Position numbers and translations under genes: made by a program. From Anthoceros angustus (Eukaryota > Plantae > Anthocerotophyta), in contig MU008177.1 of the NCBI GenBank assembly GCA_010909165.1, forward strand, positions 620,001 through 684,000: a stretch of DNA of 64,000 nucleotides, in the 5' to 3' direction. Positions 35,560-46,690 of this stretch are shown piece by piece. The notes under the pieces were generated by a model. The model did no database searches and was not told the DNA's origin. It saw only the letters and a program-made list of their open reading frames with translations. How positions within the stretch are numbered: the first letter of the stretch is position 1; the number at the start of each line of letters is the position of its first letter.

Positions 35560-38500
35560 TCAATGGTCTACGAGATAGTCGCCAGGCTTATCAAACCTTA
35601 GAACACGCTGATCCAGTTTACGAAGACTGAAGCCCCGGATCCTGATATCTTCCGGGTAGTCCTCACTATTCCTGTCCACCGCCTCAAACGTCCATCCCGC
35701 GTTATTCACGGCGATGTTGGAAACTTGGACCTGAGTCAGCGCTGGAGATTAGGATCCCTGTCAGCAAGCAAGTATCAAATGACGAGGACAAACTGTGGTG
35801 AGCGTACCTTGGCTCCTGGCACAGCGTGGATCTCCAGAGCTCCATTGAGAGAGAGATTGTGGATAGAAATATCGTCACCATCCAGCACCAGAGTGGATGA
35901 TTGCGAGATGGTGCAGGAGCCAGTGACTTTCCTCTTCACATCTCGGAGTGTAAGAGCCCAAAACGGGCTCCACACAATGCGCGGCCACACTTCAACCTCT
36001 TGACCATTATAAGTGCCTGATATGGGATCCTCGATCTCAACACCGGCCTACAAGGACGACGGACACAGGAGTTCAGGACAGAGCTTCCAGAAGATCCAAC
36101 TCACAAAGGCAGGATCATTTACCTTCCGTAAAATAAGGCTGTTACACCGGTAGATTGCAAATTCACCTGAAGTTGCACTGTGACGAGGATTTCCTGGGGG
36201 TACCTGCCCAGCCCTCCTCTTGTTAAGATGAGGCTTCTAGCATATGCTACCGCTACGCATGAGAATTCTTCACGAGAGCTTTTACTAGGACACGAATACA
36301 GATACGTTCATACCTTGATTGCATCTTCAGCATTGTTCTTAACAGGGGCATAGGCAAGCCACACGTCCAGGACCTGGGGACGATGTCCACAGTGCTAGCG
36401 GGAGTCAGGGCACACAGGCCTTGAGAGATGCCAGTTTCATAGATGGAAAAATTGTAAACACTTACAGAAAAACCGACTCGGGCAGATGACGGTAAAGTCC
36501 TGGGGTAGTCTTGCATCATACATTCCAGCCTGGTGGAGGATTTGAAAGTTCTCTTACTGGCGTCTTTGTACCTGGTAGTTCCGGAGTCAGGCTTATTCTC
36601 CTCAGCAGACTCCATTCACAGCACACCAATTGCACCAAGATCAGCTTTAGACTATCACATTTCAACCCCCACAACACCACTGACAAATTCAGCACATTTA
36701 TACCCGGCTTCTATCTCAAGGCTAGACTCTGGAGGGCAAGAGTACCATCGACAAGATAAGACTCTCTCAGAACATCTTCAGGTGCTCAGGTCAAAGTGAA
36801 GAAATTTAAAGATCAACATGTAGACCAGAATCCACAATATGTCAGTTTTATGTCATCATGGCACCGTCTCTGACCACATGCAACATGGCAAAACAACCCC
36901 GGACGAGAGGTAAGACTATGGTAGATATGCACACTCTCTCTAGATATATAAGAACATGATACATGAGTTAGCAAGTGAGGTGCTCAGTTCAGCGGGAAAC
37001 TCTGCATGTGAATGATAGTTCACAATAAGTTCTGTTGAGCTTGATCTTAAATCTCGTCCCTGCTACCTCAAAGAATGAACCCATCACATGCTCATGGTGG
37101 CCATGCTCTTATAGCAAATGAAACTACTACAGAGGGAACACAGGACTACACATATCAATTACACCAGACAGGTGAGGTGCTCAGTTCAGCGGGAAACTCT
37201 GCATGCGAATAATTCAATATTCACAATAAGTTCTGTTGAGCTTGATCCTTTAATATCTCATCCCGGCTACCTCACACAGCTGTAACCACAGAGGGAACAC
37301 AGGCCTAGACGTATCAATTATACCAGGCAGGTGAGGTGCTCAGTTCAGCGGGAAACTCTGCATGCGAATAATTCAATATTCACAATAAGTTCTGTTGAGC
37401 TTGATATTTAAATTACTCGTCCCTGCTACCTCACCCGACTGTGACCATAGAATGACAGTACGACCAAAAACTATGCCTCCTATCAGGAAATGCTAAATAA
37501 TCGTTGGGATCACAAGAAGGCTTTGCCGCCCTCTCCCCAAGACAGACATGACGAGGAAAAGCAAGACTTTGAACAAGTCCAAACGATATCGCATCAGACC
37601 GTATCACTCCCAGGTGCCGACCTATCTCCCAGAAGCAAGGACCAAGACACGGCCTGGAGGAGAGCTTCAGTTGCAGCTTCTAGAAAAATATGCCTAGTTC
37701 AACTAGGTCCACCTGGACGAGTGGTGGTCGAAAATGGGAAGGACCTAAAAAGAACTTCACAACTTGCAGTCTTATTTAGGACAGCAAACCAGAAAATTGC
37801 AAGTCAAAACAAGCAATGAGGTGCTCAGTTCAGCGGGAAACTCTGCATGTGGATGATTTATCCACAATAAGTTCTGTTGAGCTTGATCATTTGAAAATCT
37901 CATCACCGCATCCTCAGTGCAGTAAAGAAACTGGAATATTCAAAGAGTGGAATGAGTTGGGGATGAAAACTGCTCTGGACACTCAAAAGAGCTCAAGGAA
38001 TAGGTTCAAGCACTTAGTTACAGCATCTAAGACAAGTTCTTAAGACAGGTTACACAAAGTTCAGAAGGTGCTCAAGTTGTCAAAGCTGCTCAGGTCCTGA
38101 GAGAGATCGGCATGTGAGTATTCACCATATGGTCTGAGCACAGGACATCACAGCAGCCATTTGGGAGGAGACCCGCTTGACAAGACAGGCGGACAACCCA
38201 TGCACGACAGAAAGTTGACCTAATAAAACAGACAATCTGACATTCAGAACACCTGAGCAGCCCATAGGACTGTGCTTGGACCATGAGGAAAAATAAAGAG
38301 ATTTACTTGGGGTTTACAAACTCGGCAATTTTCCCCTTTGTACGTGACAGCTCCTGGAGGTATGGCTCAAGTTTAATTACAAGCTGCAAGAAGAAACCCA
38401 AGCCAACTTAGACTCTAAGATAATCAGAGCTGTCCAACAGCCAGGTAGTAGGGGAGATTTGTACCTGATTGATATTACCAGGATATGGAGAAAATCCAGT

Positions 38501-40694
38501 CTCATCATTGACATCTCCATCTGGACTACCAGTGCTGCGGAGCAAAGGATCAAGTTGATTGTATTCCACGTTGATGACCATATGCTGTCCTGGCACAAGA
38601 CATTCAGGCGCCTGAGATAGGTTTGACAGCAGGCAAACAACATGACGCTATAGCAGCAGACCCCACCACCAACCCCACAATACTCTGCAGTACAGTCAAA
38701 GGCAGATGCCTGTACCAGTGGTACTAGTAAGTCGCGTAATGCCACCAATTGGCTCCTTTGCTTTCCGCAAAACACACAGAGAGTTCACGTCTAAATCTTG
38801 CACATGGCTCACCCCTAAGGATGCTGGAATAGCCTGAGGAATAATGCAGAACACTTAGATCCATGCAACTAGCACACTACTCCACAATTGAGGAAAATCA
38901 ACGGACATAAAGAATCCACTACCTTAAAGAGAAGCCCGTTGGTATCTTGGAAAAACAAAACCCACTTACAGCCAGAAGCCTGCCTGTTGCCACCTCAACA
39001 AAATTCGCACTGACAGAGCATAAGAACACGGCACTGGATCACCAGAACTCAAGTGTGCTTCTCTCCGCCCTCCACTGGTGCCTGGTTTAGCCTTGGCAGG
39101 ATACTGACCATTTTGGTAGTAGCCCACTTGAATGGAGCACAGCATGTACATCTCCATGACCATGCGGCTTAGTCTTGTAGCACAGGAATCACATGATGTT
39201 CAGATTAACAATAAATACTGACAACAAAAGAATTGTGGCAGTCAGTGTAGAAGGCGTGTTGCACCTGAATGAGAAAGGGATCATGAGGATCTAAGACGAT
39301 TGTGCCGTTGTTGTCACCTAGGCATGCAACTTTTTCCTGAAAAACGACTAATTCCATGAGACATGCAAGCGCTTGGAACCAACTACACAGCTATCTGCAA
39401 GCTTTGCAAAGGACATGGTCGAACCTGCTTCAGCAAGTGAATTTGAGCTGGATCCATGCCAAAATGATTATTTGTTCGCAGCAATTCTTGAGTGCGTCCA
39501 TGGGTGTCATCAGATGTCATGATAACAAGAGGAATCTTCTTCCTGTCTTTTCCTGCACTCGATACAGACCGCTCAGTGCTTACGTCACCAGGGGCAGTCA
39601 ACATTAGCATTACATTCAAGTACAACGAAGGACGCTACCATGAATTGAGTTTCCACAACAGCTCGTGACAGACTTCAGACCGAGCCAGAAATCCATTCAG
39701 AACAGACAGGCCGACAGTCTTCCAAACACCCTACGAGCAAAGGACAAACCGTGATTCACTCTGCTGCTCGCTTCCTGTAGCGCCAGAATGCTGTCAATGT
39801 ACAACTGCAAAAAGCAAGTCCCAGTCGTAATCTGCGAAGGGAGCGCTACCTGCAAGGTCAAATGACAAACTTAGACTTCAAGTCCGCAGCTTCACCCGCC
39901 AACCAACGGCGCGATCACATATACCACACCGAATTACTTTAATTCCGCCGTATCCCAGCCGCTCTCCAAGCCCGCCGGCAACAAGAACAAACACAGCATG
40001 GGCCACCTCGGAGATCCCCGCGTCCTCGTACCGCATATATTCCTCATCTCCGTACACAAGACGCTCTCCCGTGGGTACCTGCACCGAACCCGCAGCCGCA
40101 CCAGTGAGTCCAGACTTCACACCCACCCCCGAGCTACGAGGAAGTTACACAAGAGCATGCACGCCCTCAAACTCTTACCGACGGTGTGAACCCATCAAAG
40201 GGATTCTTCCCCGCTCTGGAATCATCGAGAAGACGCCTGGCATTGCGGATATACGAACCCAGCCCACCAGGATAATTTGCATCCAACTTCTCCACCTGGC
40301 ACCACGCCCCAACTCAGCAACAACGTCCCCTAATCTCGCATCTCCAACCTCCAACAGTCCAGAGAAAGCCAGCCACCTCACCTGCCTGAAGAACTTGAGC
40401 TTCTCCCCATCAGCAACGCCGGGCCCAGGCCAACCAGAAAAAAGATGACCTTGCCGCTCCTCCACAAGCATGCGAGCCAGCCTTATCTGTCACCACCACC
40501 AGATCCCGTTTCCCAGAATCAGCCATCGACTCACCCAGGATGAATGCAGCCAGGACAGAAAAGCGCCGTAGGTTGAAGCTTCCACGCACCTGCGCGGAGG
40601 AAAGAAGGGCAAGATTCGGCCCCAGATCCGGCCCGGCCCAGTCCGCCAGCACGGCCTCCTGCGGGCGCCCGACGGCCGCTGCTGCGGCAGCCAT
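35560..40694 (-). CDS. USP: UDP-sugar pyrophosphorylase, multi-exon
   Basis: [79 protein letters not shown]. Confidence 0.95.
36781..36865 (-). ncRNA. Box C/D snoRNA, U37/SNORD37-like LSU rRNA guide (intronic)
   Basis: GGTGC/GCACC terminal stem, box C ATGATGA, box D CTGA; 17 nt guide AATTTCTTCACTTTGAC complementary to conserved LSU GUCAAAGUGAAGAAAUU. Confidence 0.88.
36976..37070 (-). ncRNA. Box C/D snoRNA, dual LSU rRNA guide, copy 1
   Basis: TGAGGT(A)GC/GCACCTCA stem; box C variant GGGACGA; guides TCAAGCTCAACAG and TTTCCCGCTGA; box D CTGA. Confidence 0.78.
37173..37274 (-). ncRNA. Box C/D snoRNA, dual LSU rRNA guide, copy 2
   Basis: Same guides and stem; box C variant GGGATGA. Confidence 0.8.
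37332..37433 (-). ncRNA. Box C/D snoRNA, dual LSU rRNA guide, copy 3
   Basis: Same guides and stem; box C variant GGGACGA. Confidence 0.78.
37817..37916 (-). ncRNA. Box C/D snoRNA, dual LSU rRNA guide, copy 4
   Basis: Canonical box C GTGATGA and box D CTGA, terminal stem; guides complementary to LSU UCAGCGGGGAA and CUGUUGAGCUUGA. Confidence 0.88.
38085..38157 (-). ncRNA. Candidate box C/D snoRNA, target not recognised
   Basis: GCTGC/GCAGC stem directly flanking box C-like GTGATGT and box D CTGA; same intron and strand as the other five. Confidence 0.6.
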
Positions 40695-40766
40695 ATTCCG
40701 CCTGTCTGTGCGAAACACGGCATATCGACTTCTGCGCGACCTACATTTATATATATCTACACAAGC

Positions 40767-40794
40767 TAGGGTTTACTACAGTAGCAGGGTTTAC
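40767..40794 (-). promoter_or_regulatory. Telo-box (AAACCCTA) plus a near-copy upstream of USP, beside a TATA-like run at ~40747-40756
   Basis: CTAGGGTTT and CAGGGTTT on the + strand 70-100 nt upstream of the USP ATG. Confidence 0.45.
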
Positions 40795-41042
40795 GTACCT
40801 ACATTTGGCGCCGTTTTACGATTACCTGCTCCGCACGACATGTTGCGCATAGGAGAATGCAAGGCCAATCGCGAACGTTCTCTGTGTCGGCCAATCTACG
40901 GCCTGTTCTGCAAGACGTGGATGTCCCTCTGACAGAAATGTGTGCGGGCGGATATCCAGGCCGCAACCGCAACGTCATTGTGCCTCCAATCCAAGCCGAG
41001 AATCAGGAGAGCACGAATTCGATCCGAGACGAGACAAACTGA

Positions 41043-41120
41043 GCAAAGCAAAGCAAAGGAAGGGAATGGAAGGGAAGGGTAGAGTCGGGAAGGGAAGGGA
41101 TGCAAGGCAAGGGAAGGGAA
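41043..41120 (+). repeat. Degenerate pentanucleotide microsatellite (GCAAA/GGGAA)n upstream of ABCF5
   Basis: Direct reading of the sequence. Confidence 0.75.
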
Positions 41121-41272
41121 TGGAAGCCACGTTTCGTTCAATCCTATGCTCAGAGATGGTGTAGGCGATTCACAGCAGGCATTGTGGAAGCTGAGCCCGG
41201 CTAAGCTGAGGAAGTCGGCAAAGCTAAGGAAAAGAAGCAAACAATTCTAGGCTTGGCGTGGTGTGGAACCCA

Positions 41273-43350
41273 ATGCCTCTGCAGGTGCGGCTCCCGCTGG
41301 GAGGAGCGGGATTGGGGTCGAAGGAGCTCTGCGGGCGGGGCTGGGATGGAGCTGCATTGGTGCCGGCCTCATCCAGGCGGATGGCGGCCAGGGCGCAAGT
41401 GCTGTCGTTTGCGGATGCGGATTCCAGGGTGGAGAGCAGCTCGCGGAGGTGGGCCGTGCAGACGGAGGCTGGCACGGCGGGCTCCTCGCTGTTCCTGGAC
41501 GGGGATGGCGGGAATGGGAATGGGAGGCGGGGAGGAAGGGAGGAGCGGACGAGCGTGGGAGCGGGGTGAAGCTGGAGCATGTGAGCAAGGCGTATAAGGG
41601 GGCTATGGTGCTCAAGGACGTGAGCTGGGAGGTGAAGAAAGGGGAGAGGGTGGGGCTGGTGGGGGTGAACGGGGCGGGCAAGACGACGCAGCTCAGGATC
41701 ATCGCGGGCCAGGAGGAGGCGGACGGGGGGGACGTGATCAAGGTGAGGGAGGACATGCGGATCGCCTTCCTCACGCAGGAGTTCGAGGTGGTGGCAAGCA
41801 GGACGGTGAGGGAGGAGTTTCTGCATGCGTTCCAGCAGGAAATGCAGATTTCAGAGAGGATGGAGGAAGTGCAGCGGAGCCTGGAGGCGGCCACGGAGGA
41901 CATGGAGCTCATGGGGAGGCTGCTGGACGAGCTGGACCGGCTGCAGAAGATGGCGGAGGCGGCGGATGTGTACGAGGTGGATGTGAAGATCAACAAGATG
42001 ATGCCGGAGCTGGGGTTTGCGGCGGAGGACGGGGATAGGTTGGTGGCGTCGTTTAGTGGCGGGTGGCAGATGAGGATGTCGTTGGGGAAGATTTTGCTGC
42101 AGGATCCGGATTTGTTGCTGCTGGACGAGCCGACGAATCACCTGGATTTGGACACGATAGAGTGGCTGGAGGGGTATTTGAAGGGGTTGGATGTGCCCAT
42201 GGTGATTGTTTCGCATGACAGGGCGTTTTTGGATCAGTTGTGTACCAAGATTGTGGAGACGGATCTCGGGGTGGCTCAGACTTTTGAGGGGAATTACAGC
42301 GCGTATGTGGCGGCCAAAGCTGCGTGGGTGGAGACGCAGAGGATGGCCTGGGAGAAGCAGCAGAGGGAGATTTCCAGGGCGGAGGATTTGATACAGCGGC
42401 TGTCGGGGGGAGCGAACACTGGGCGTGCTGCGTCTGCGGAGAAGCAGCTGGAGAAGATGCTGCAGGAAGGGCAGGCTGTGGAGAAGCCCTTCGAGCGGAA
42501 GCAGTTCAAGTTCAGGTTTCCGGATTTGGGGCGGAGTGGGAGGACTGTGGTGCAGATTAGCAATATGGCGTTTGAGTATGATGGGAATGTGTTGTTTGAT
42601 AACGCTAATCTTCTGATCGAGAGGGGGGAGAAGCTGGCCATCATCGGGCCTAATGGGTGCGGGAAGAGCACCTTGTTGAGGATTATCATGGGGTATGAGC
42701 AGCCCACGCTTGGGGAGATCACCATGGGGCAGCATCGGATTGTTCCTAATTATTTCGAGCAGAATCAGGCGGAGGCTTTGGATTTGGAGAAGACGGTGCT
42801 GCAGGTGGTTGAGGAGGCGGCTGAAGACTGGAGCCTCAACGACATCAAGGGGCTCCTGGGTCGATGTAACTTCAAGGCTGACATGACTCACAGAAAGGTG
42901 GCCTTTCTGAGTGGGGGGGAGAAGGCTCGGTTGGCCTTTTGTAAGTTCATGGTGACGCCCTCCACTCTGCTGGTCTTGGACGAGCCCACGAATCATCTCG
43001 ACATCCCTTCCAAGGAGATGTTGGAGGAAGCTTTGAGGGACTACCCGGGTACCGTGATCGCTGTATCCCATGACCGATACTTTCTCCGCCAAATCGTGAC
43101 TCGAGTTGTTGAGGTGAAGAACAAACGATTGGAGGATTATGCTGGCGATTACAACTACTACTTGGCTCAGAACCTGGAAGCCAGGAGGAAGGAGCTGGAG
43201 CGAGAGGCTGAGTTCGAGGCCAATGCTCCGACAGTGAAAGCCAAATCTAAAATGACCAAGGCTGAAAAGGAGCTTCAGAAGAAACAGAAGGCCCAGACGT
43301 TTCAGCAAAAGAACCAAAAGAAAACCTTCAACAACAAGAGGTGGAATTGA
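41273..43350 (+). CDS. ABCF5: ABC-F family ATPase, plastid type, intronless; apparent single-base frameshift near 41565
   Basis: Two NBDs (GVNGAGKT / FSGGWQMR / LLLDEPTNHLD and GPNGCGKS / LSGGEKAR / LDEPTNHLD), no TM domain, C-terminal NNKRWN; transit-like N-terminus lies in another frame. Confidence 0.92.
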
Positions 43351-43506
43351 TTAGCCTGAGAATAGCCCGTTCCCCTGGCAACGATACATCAGACACATGT
43401 ACAGTGATTTTTGTGTACGCTAATGAAAAAGATTAGGCCTTCCATCTCTACTCTTAGTGAGCTATGCAACATTTATAGATACCCGCCACAGGGAGATAGC
43501 TCAAGA

Positions 43507-44506
43507 CTACTTAGGGAAGCTGATATGCTGGAGCCCAAACACCACGCTCGTGACAAGAAGCCCAAGGAGTCCGAAAAAGTTCCACATTCCCTTCATCCTG
43601 TTCTTGGGGTCGCCAGTGTAGTATCTGTTCACACCCCGACATCGTTAGGACCAACCGAGGAGAGAAAGCCGGCAAACAAGCACGATGGCGCGGTGTGGAG
43701 AAGTACCCAAGGGAGTAGACAACTCGACCCGCCACCCAAACCAAGCCGCAGCTGCAGACAAGTCACAGCAGCGTCAGTGAACAAGCCGCGAAAGAGCTGC
43801 AACTACCCCACCTTGTGTGCAGTGCCGAGTACTCACATGGAAGCAGTGATGGGATACCCGATGCCTGCAACAAGCAGGAGCACTAGGAAGGAAGGGAAGT
43901 TCTCCAACGTGTTCTGGTGAGCACGTTGGTAGCAGTTGAAGACGGAGGGCTCAGCGTCTTCGTACATCTGTCAGCACCATTGCAGGCTTCAGTCCCTCTA
44001 CCACATACCTCACTGACTCACCCACTTTGGCAGACACCTTGCTGGGCCTCGCATACCTTAGGGTACAGCACCTTGTACACTCTCCTCTGCCTCCCAACCT
44101 GCCCTCATCACCCACATCACCCACCCTCCATGAGTCACAAGACCCACAAGACCCAACCATTCCGCATGGCCATCCCAGCAACCCACAACTCCAGTCCCAC
44201 CTGAATAGCCTGCCACTGCGTGAGCACCGTCCCCGCCACGATGGTGAGCACCACGAATCCGAAGTTCTCCGGCAGCGCGAGAGCCGCCATGGCCGCCTTC
44301 CTCTGCAGCTTCCTGCCCTCCACTCGGCCCCTTGCAGCTCTCAGTGTGGGTCCCAGAAAGGCTGAACGAAGCGCGCGCAGCTCTCCCTTCCGTGCCGGCT
44401 CAGGATACAGTTTCCCGCTTGCAGCCCGGATGTCTAAATGCCCGCTCAGGGACCTCGAGAGAGAGGAGGACGCAAGCGCGGAGGAAGCGAGGACGAAGGA
44501 ACCCAT
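43507..44506 (-). CDS. MAPEG family (microsomal glutathione S-transferase 3-like) with N-terminal extension, ~5 exons
   Basis: [11 protein letters not shown]|[14 protein letters not shown]|[25 protein letters not shown]|TGDPKNR. Confidence 0.88.
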
Positions 44507-44859
44507 GAAGGTGCCTTCATCAAAGATTCCTGCCGGGAGCCTGAACCTCGAACGGCGGTAACTGCAGCTCAGGCTTCCGGATTGCTAACCGGAGAATCGT
44601 AATTACGTTTACGAGTTGTGTGATCAGCCGTACTTAGTTGTGTGATCACGGCTGCTTACCTACTTCCTTGCCACGATAAACAACACTGCTGCGGCGGGTC
44701 CCAGCTCCTCCGCAAAAAAACTCCTTTTCTTCTCTTTTCTCGAACAACCGCTCGCCGAGCTTGGAGCGATAACAGTGGTTTATCTCACAGTGTGCAGGCG
44801 AGTTCAGCGATCCCGGAACTTCAATCTCCGTGCTCGTCAAGGCCGATCTCGCCGGCAAC

Positions 44860-45319
44860 ATGCCAGAGGTTTGTTGGCTCTACTGGTGGATTGAAGTAAT
44901 TGCATTTGTGGAGAGGTTTGCTTGGCTAGGGGGCTCAGAACCGATGGCTGTCTGCAGACTGTGGTGCTCAAGGTTGGGATGAGCTGCAAGGGATGCGTAG
45001 GTGCGGTGGAGCGAGTTCTCAACAGGCTAGAAGGTCAGGACTCTGCCATCATCAGAGTGCAAGCAGCAGATTGTGGCCCGTTCGGGAGGATGTTGTGGCT
45101 GAACCGAGCACCGTTCTCTTTGCTTTCTGCACCGCAGGTGTTGAGAAGTTTGATATTGATCTGGAGCAGCAGAAGGTCACCGTGACAGGTAATGTTACCC
45201 CGGCGGTTGTGCTAGAGAAGGTGTCAAAGACGGGAAAGCCTACTCAGATCTGGCCGGAGCAGGTGCCGGAGCCAGCAGAGGTGGCTGCAGCCAAACCTGC
45301 TTCGGAGATTGCTGCTTAG
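44860..45319 (+). CDS. ATX1: Copper chaperone ATX1/CCH (HMA domain), exons 44860-44868, 44958-45033, 45138-45319
   Basis: [37 protein letters not shown]; MxCxxC motif. Confidence 0.9.
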
Positions 45320-45746
45320 GGAGCTGCTGAGAAAGCGTGAACCGCTGTAATGTCATTCGACTCGGCACTCTGCGGTTCAGATCTGTGCTCCGAGCGTCAA
45401 CCGATCTGTTTATTGCTGGCAATATCAGCCATCCATTCAGACGTTCTTGGATGCAGGTTAGACAACATGGACGCAGTATGTAGGAAACTATTCCTGTGGT
45501 ATAATATCTGTTCACAAGGACAAGTAGGTCTCATATCCAGGCTTCCAGCGGATGTAATAAACGGAACGTGGTTTTTGTGACTTGTCTTGTGAAGAAGCCT
45601 CGTAGGCTAGTGCCTGCCTGAAAACTACGCTAGTCCAAGAAAGACCGAGCGTGAGATTGAGAGCGTCTTTCATTGCTTGCATCGGTAGCAGGCCAGGACC
45701 TGCTCCAGCATTACTGTCCGCGGTAGCGATCAATCTCTGGACATAG

Positions 45747-46286
45747 ATGGCCCCCGCGATCAAGGCAGAGATGTTGAGACATGCGGTCAGGGAACGTGAA
45801 GGTGTCTGGAGAGCATTCGTCGGCAGACCAGGCCAAGTCACTCGCCAATTATCACGGGCTTCAACGGCTGCCCAACTTGAGCCACCACAGGTATGGACAC
45901 ACAGGCTGCATCCAAAGCCTGCAAACTCGATGACTTTCCCAGATTGCCACAGAATGTGGACTGCCGGCCGGTAACACTGTTTTCCCGACAATTCGTTGTG
46001 CAGATGATGGAAAAGGAACAAGCCGAAGCACAGCGTGAGGTGATTACTCCCCTTCCCTCCTTTCCACCCTGTACTTCAAACAATTGTGCTTTCTCGTTTC
46101 CACAAGTGGATTGTGGAAACCCCTGCGCAGAGGCACAGTCTGGCGGCTAAGGTGGACACCCCGGCCTCAGCTCTTGCCCGAACTGCCGACATCACCAAAA
46201 CGATTGCGGTGTGGGCAGGGGTCGTAGCGATTGCCGGTGGCACGTACCTTCTTGCTCCATCCAACAAGCCTGCGCAAGATGAGTGA
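45747..46286 (+). CDS. Small hypothetical protein with C-terminal hydrophobic helix, 3 exons (introns ~45891-45952 and ~46040-46107)
   Basis: GT-AG splicing joins three ORF pieces in frame; Arg-rich N-terminus; IAVWAGVVAIAGGTYLL segment. Confidence 0.5.
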
Positions 46287-46690
46287 AGAAAGGCCGCTGG
46301 CTTTGGACATTGACAGCTGCCTCCCGCAAAGCCTCCTTTCAGTTGCGACAAGAAGCGCAGGCAAATCACACTCTTCCGTAATAAAAGCTCGTGCATTTGT
46401 GCACCCGGACAAGAAGCTGCATACCGTTGCCCTAATAATTGCATGCTTAGGCTCCCTGCTTTTCCGCAAAGCCAATTCGGTGTCAGAGTTTCTTCCGGCC
46501 TGCTGTCCCCCACGTCACGGCAGCATCGGCGTCGACTGCTCCAGCCGCTTTCGGACACCGGCCGAGCGTCCACATTTGAAATTTTAGGAATCGGTCTTGC
46601 TACGTTTTATTTTCGAGGAAAATCGGAAGCCACTCGGTCGCTCGGATCTGAATGCTGCAGGGCTCCAGGAGCATGAGCTGATTTTCGAAA

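Noticed and set aside
36976-37916. Repeats as a CRISPR-like array or plus-strand miRNA hairpins
   Set aside because: Eukaryotic intron with no cas genes and irregular spacing; C/D boxes, terminal stems and rRNA complementarity on the host sense strand explain them better; no known miRNA recognised.
41851-43317. 488 aa antisense ORF
   Set aside because: Shadow of the codon-biased ABCF5 CDS; no recognisable motifs.
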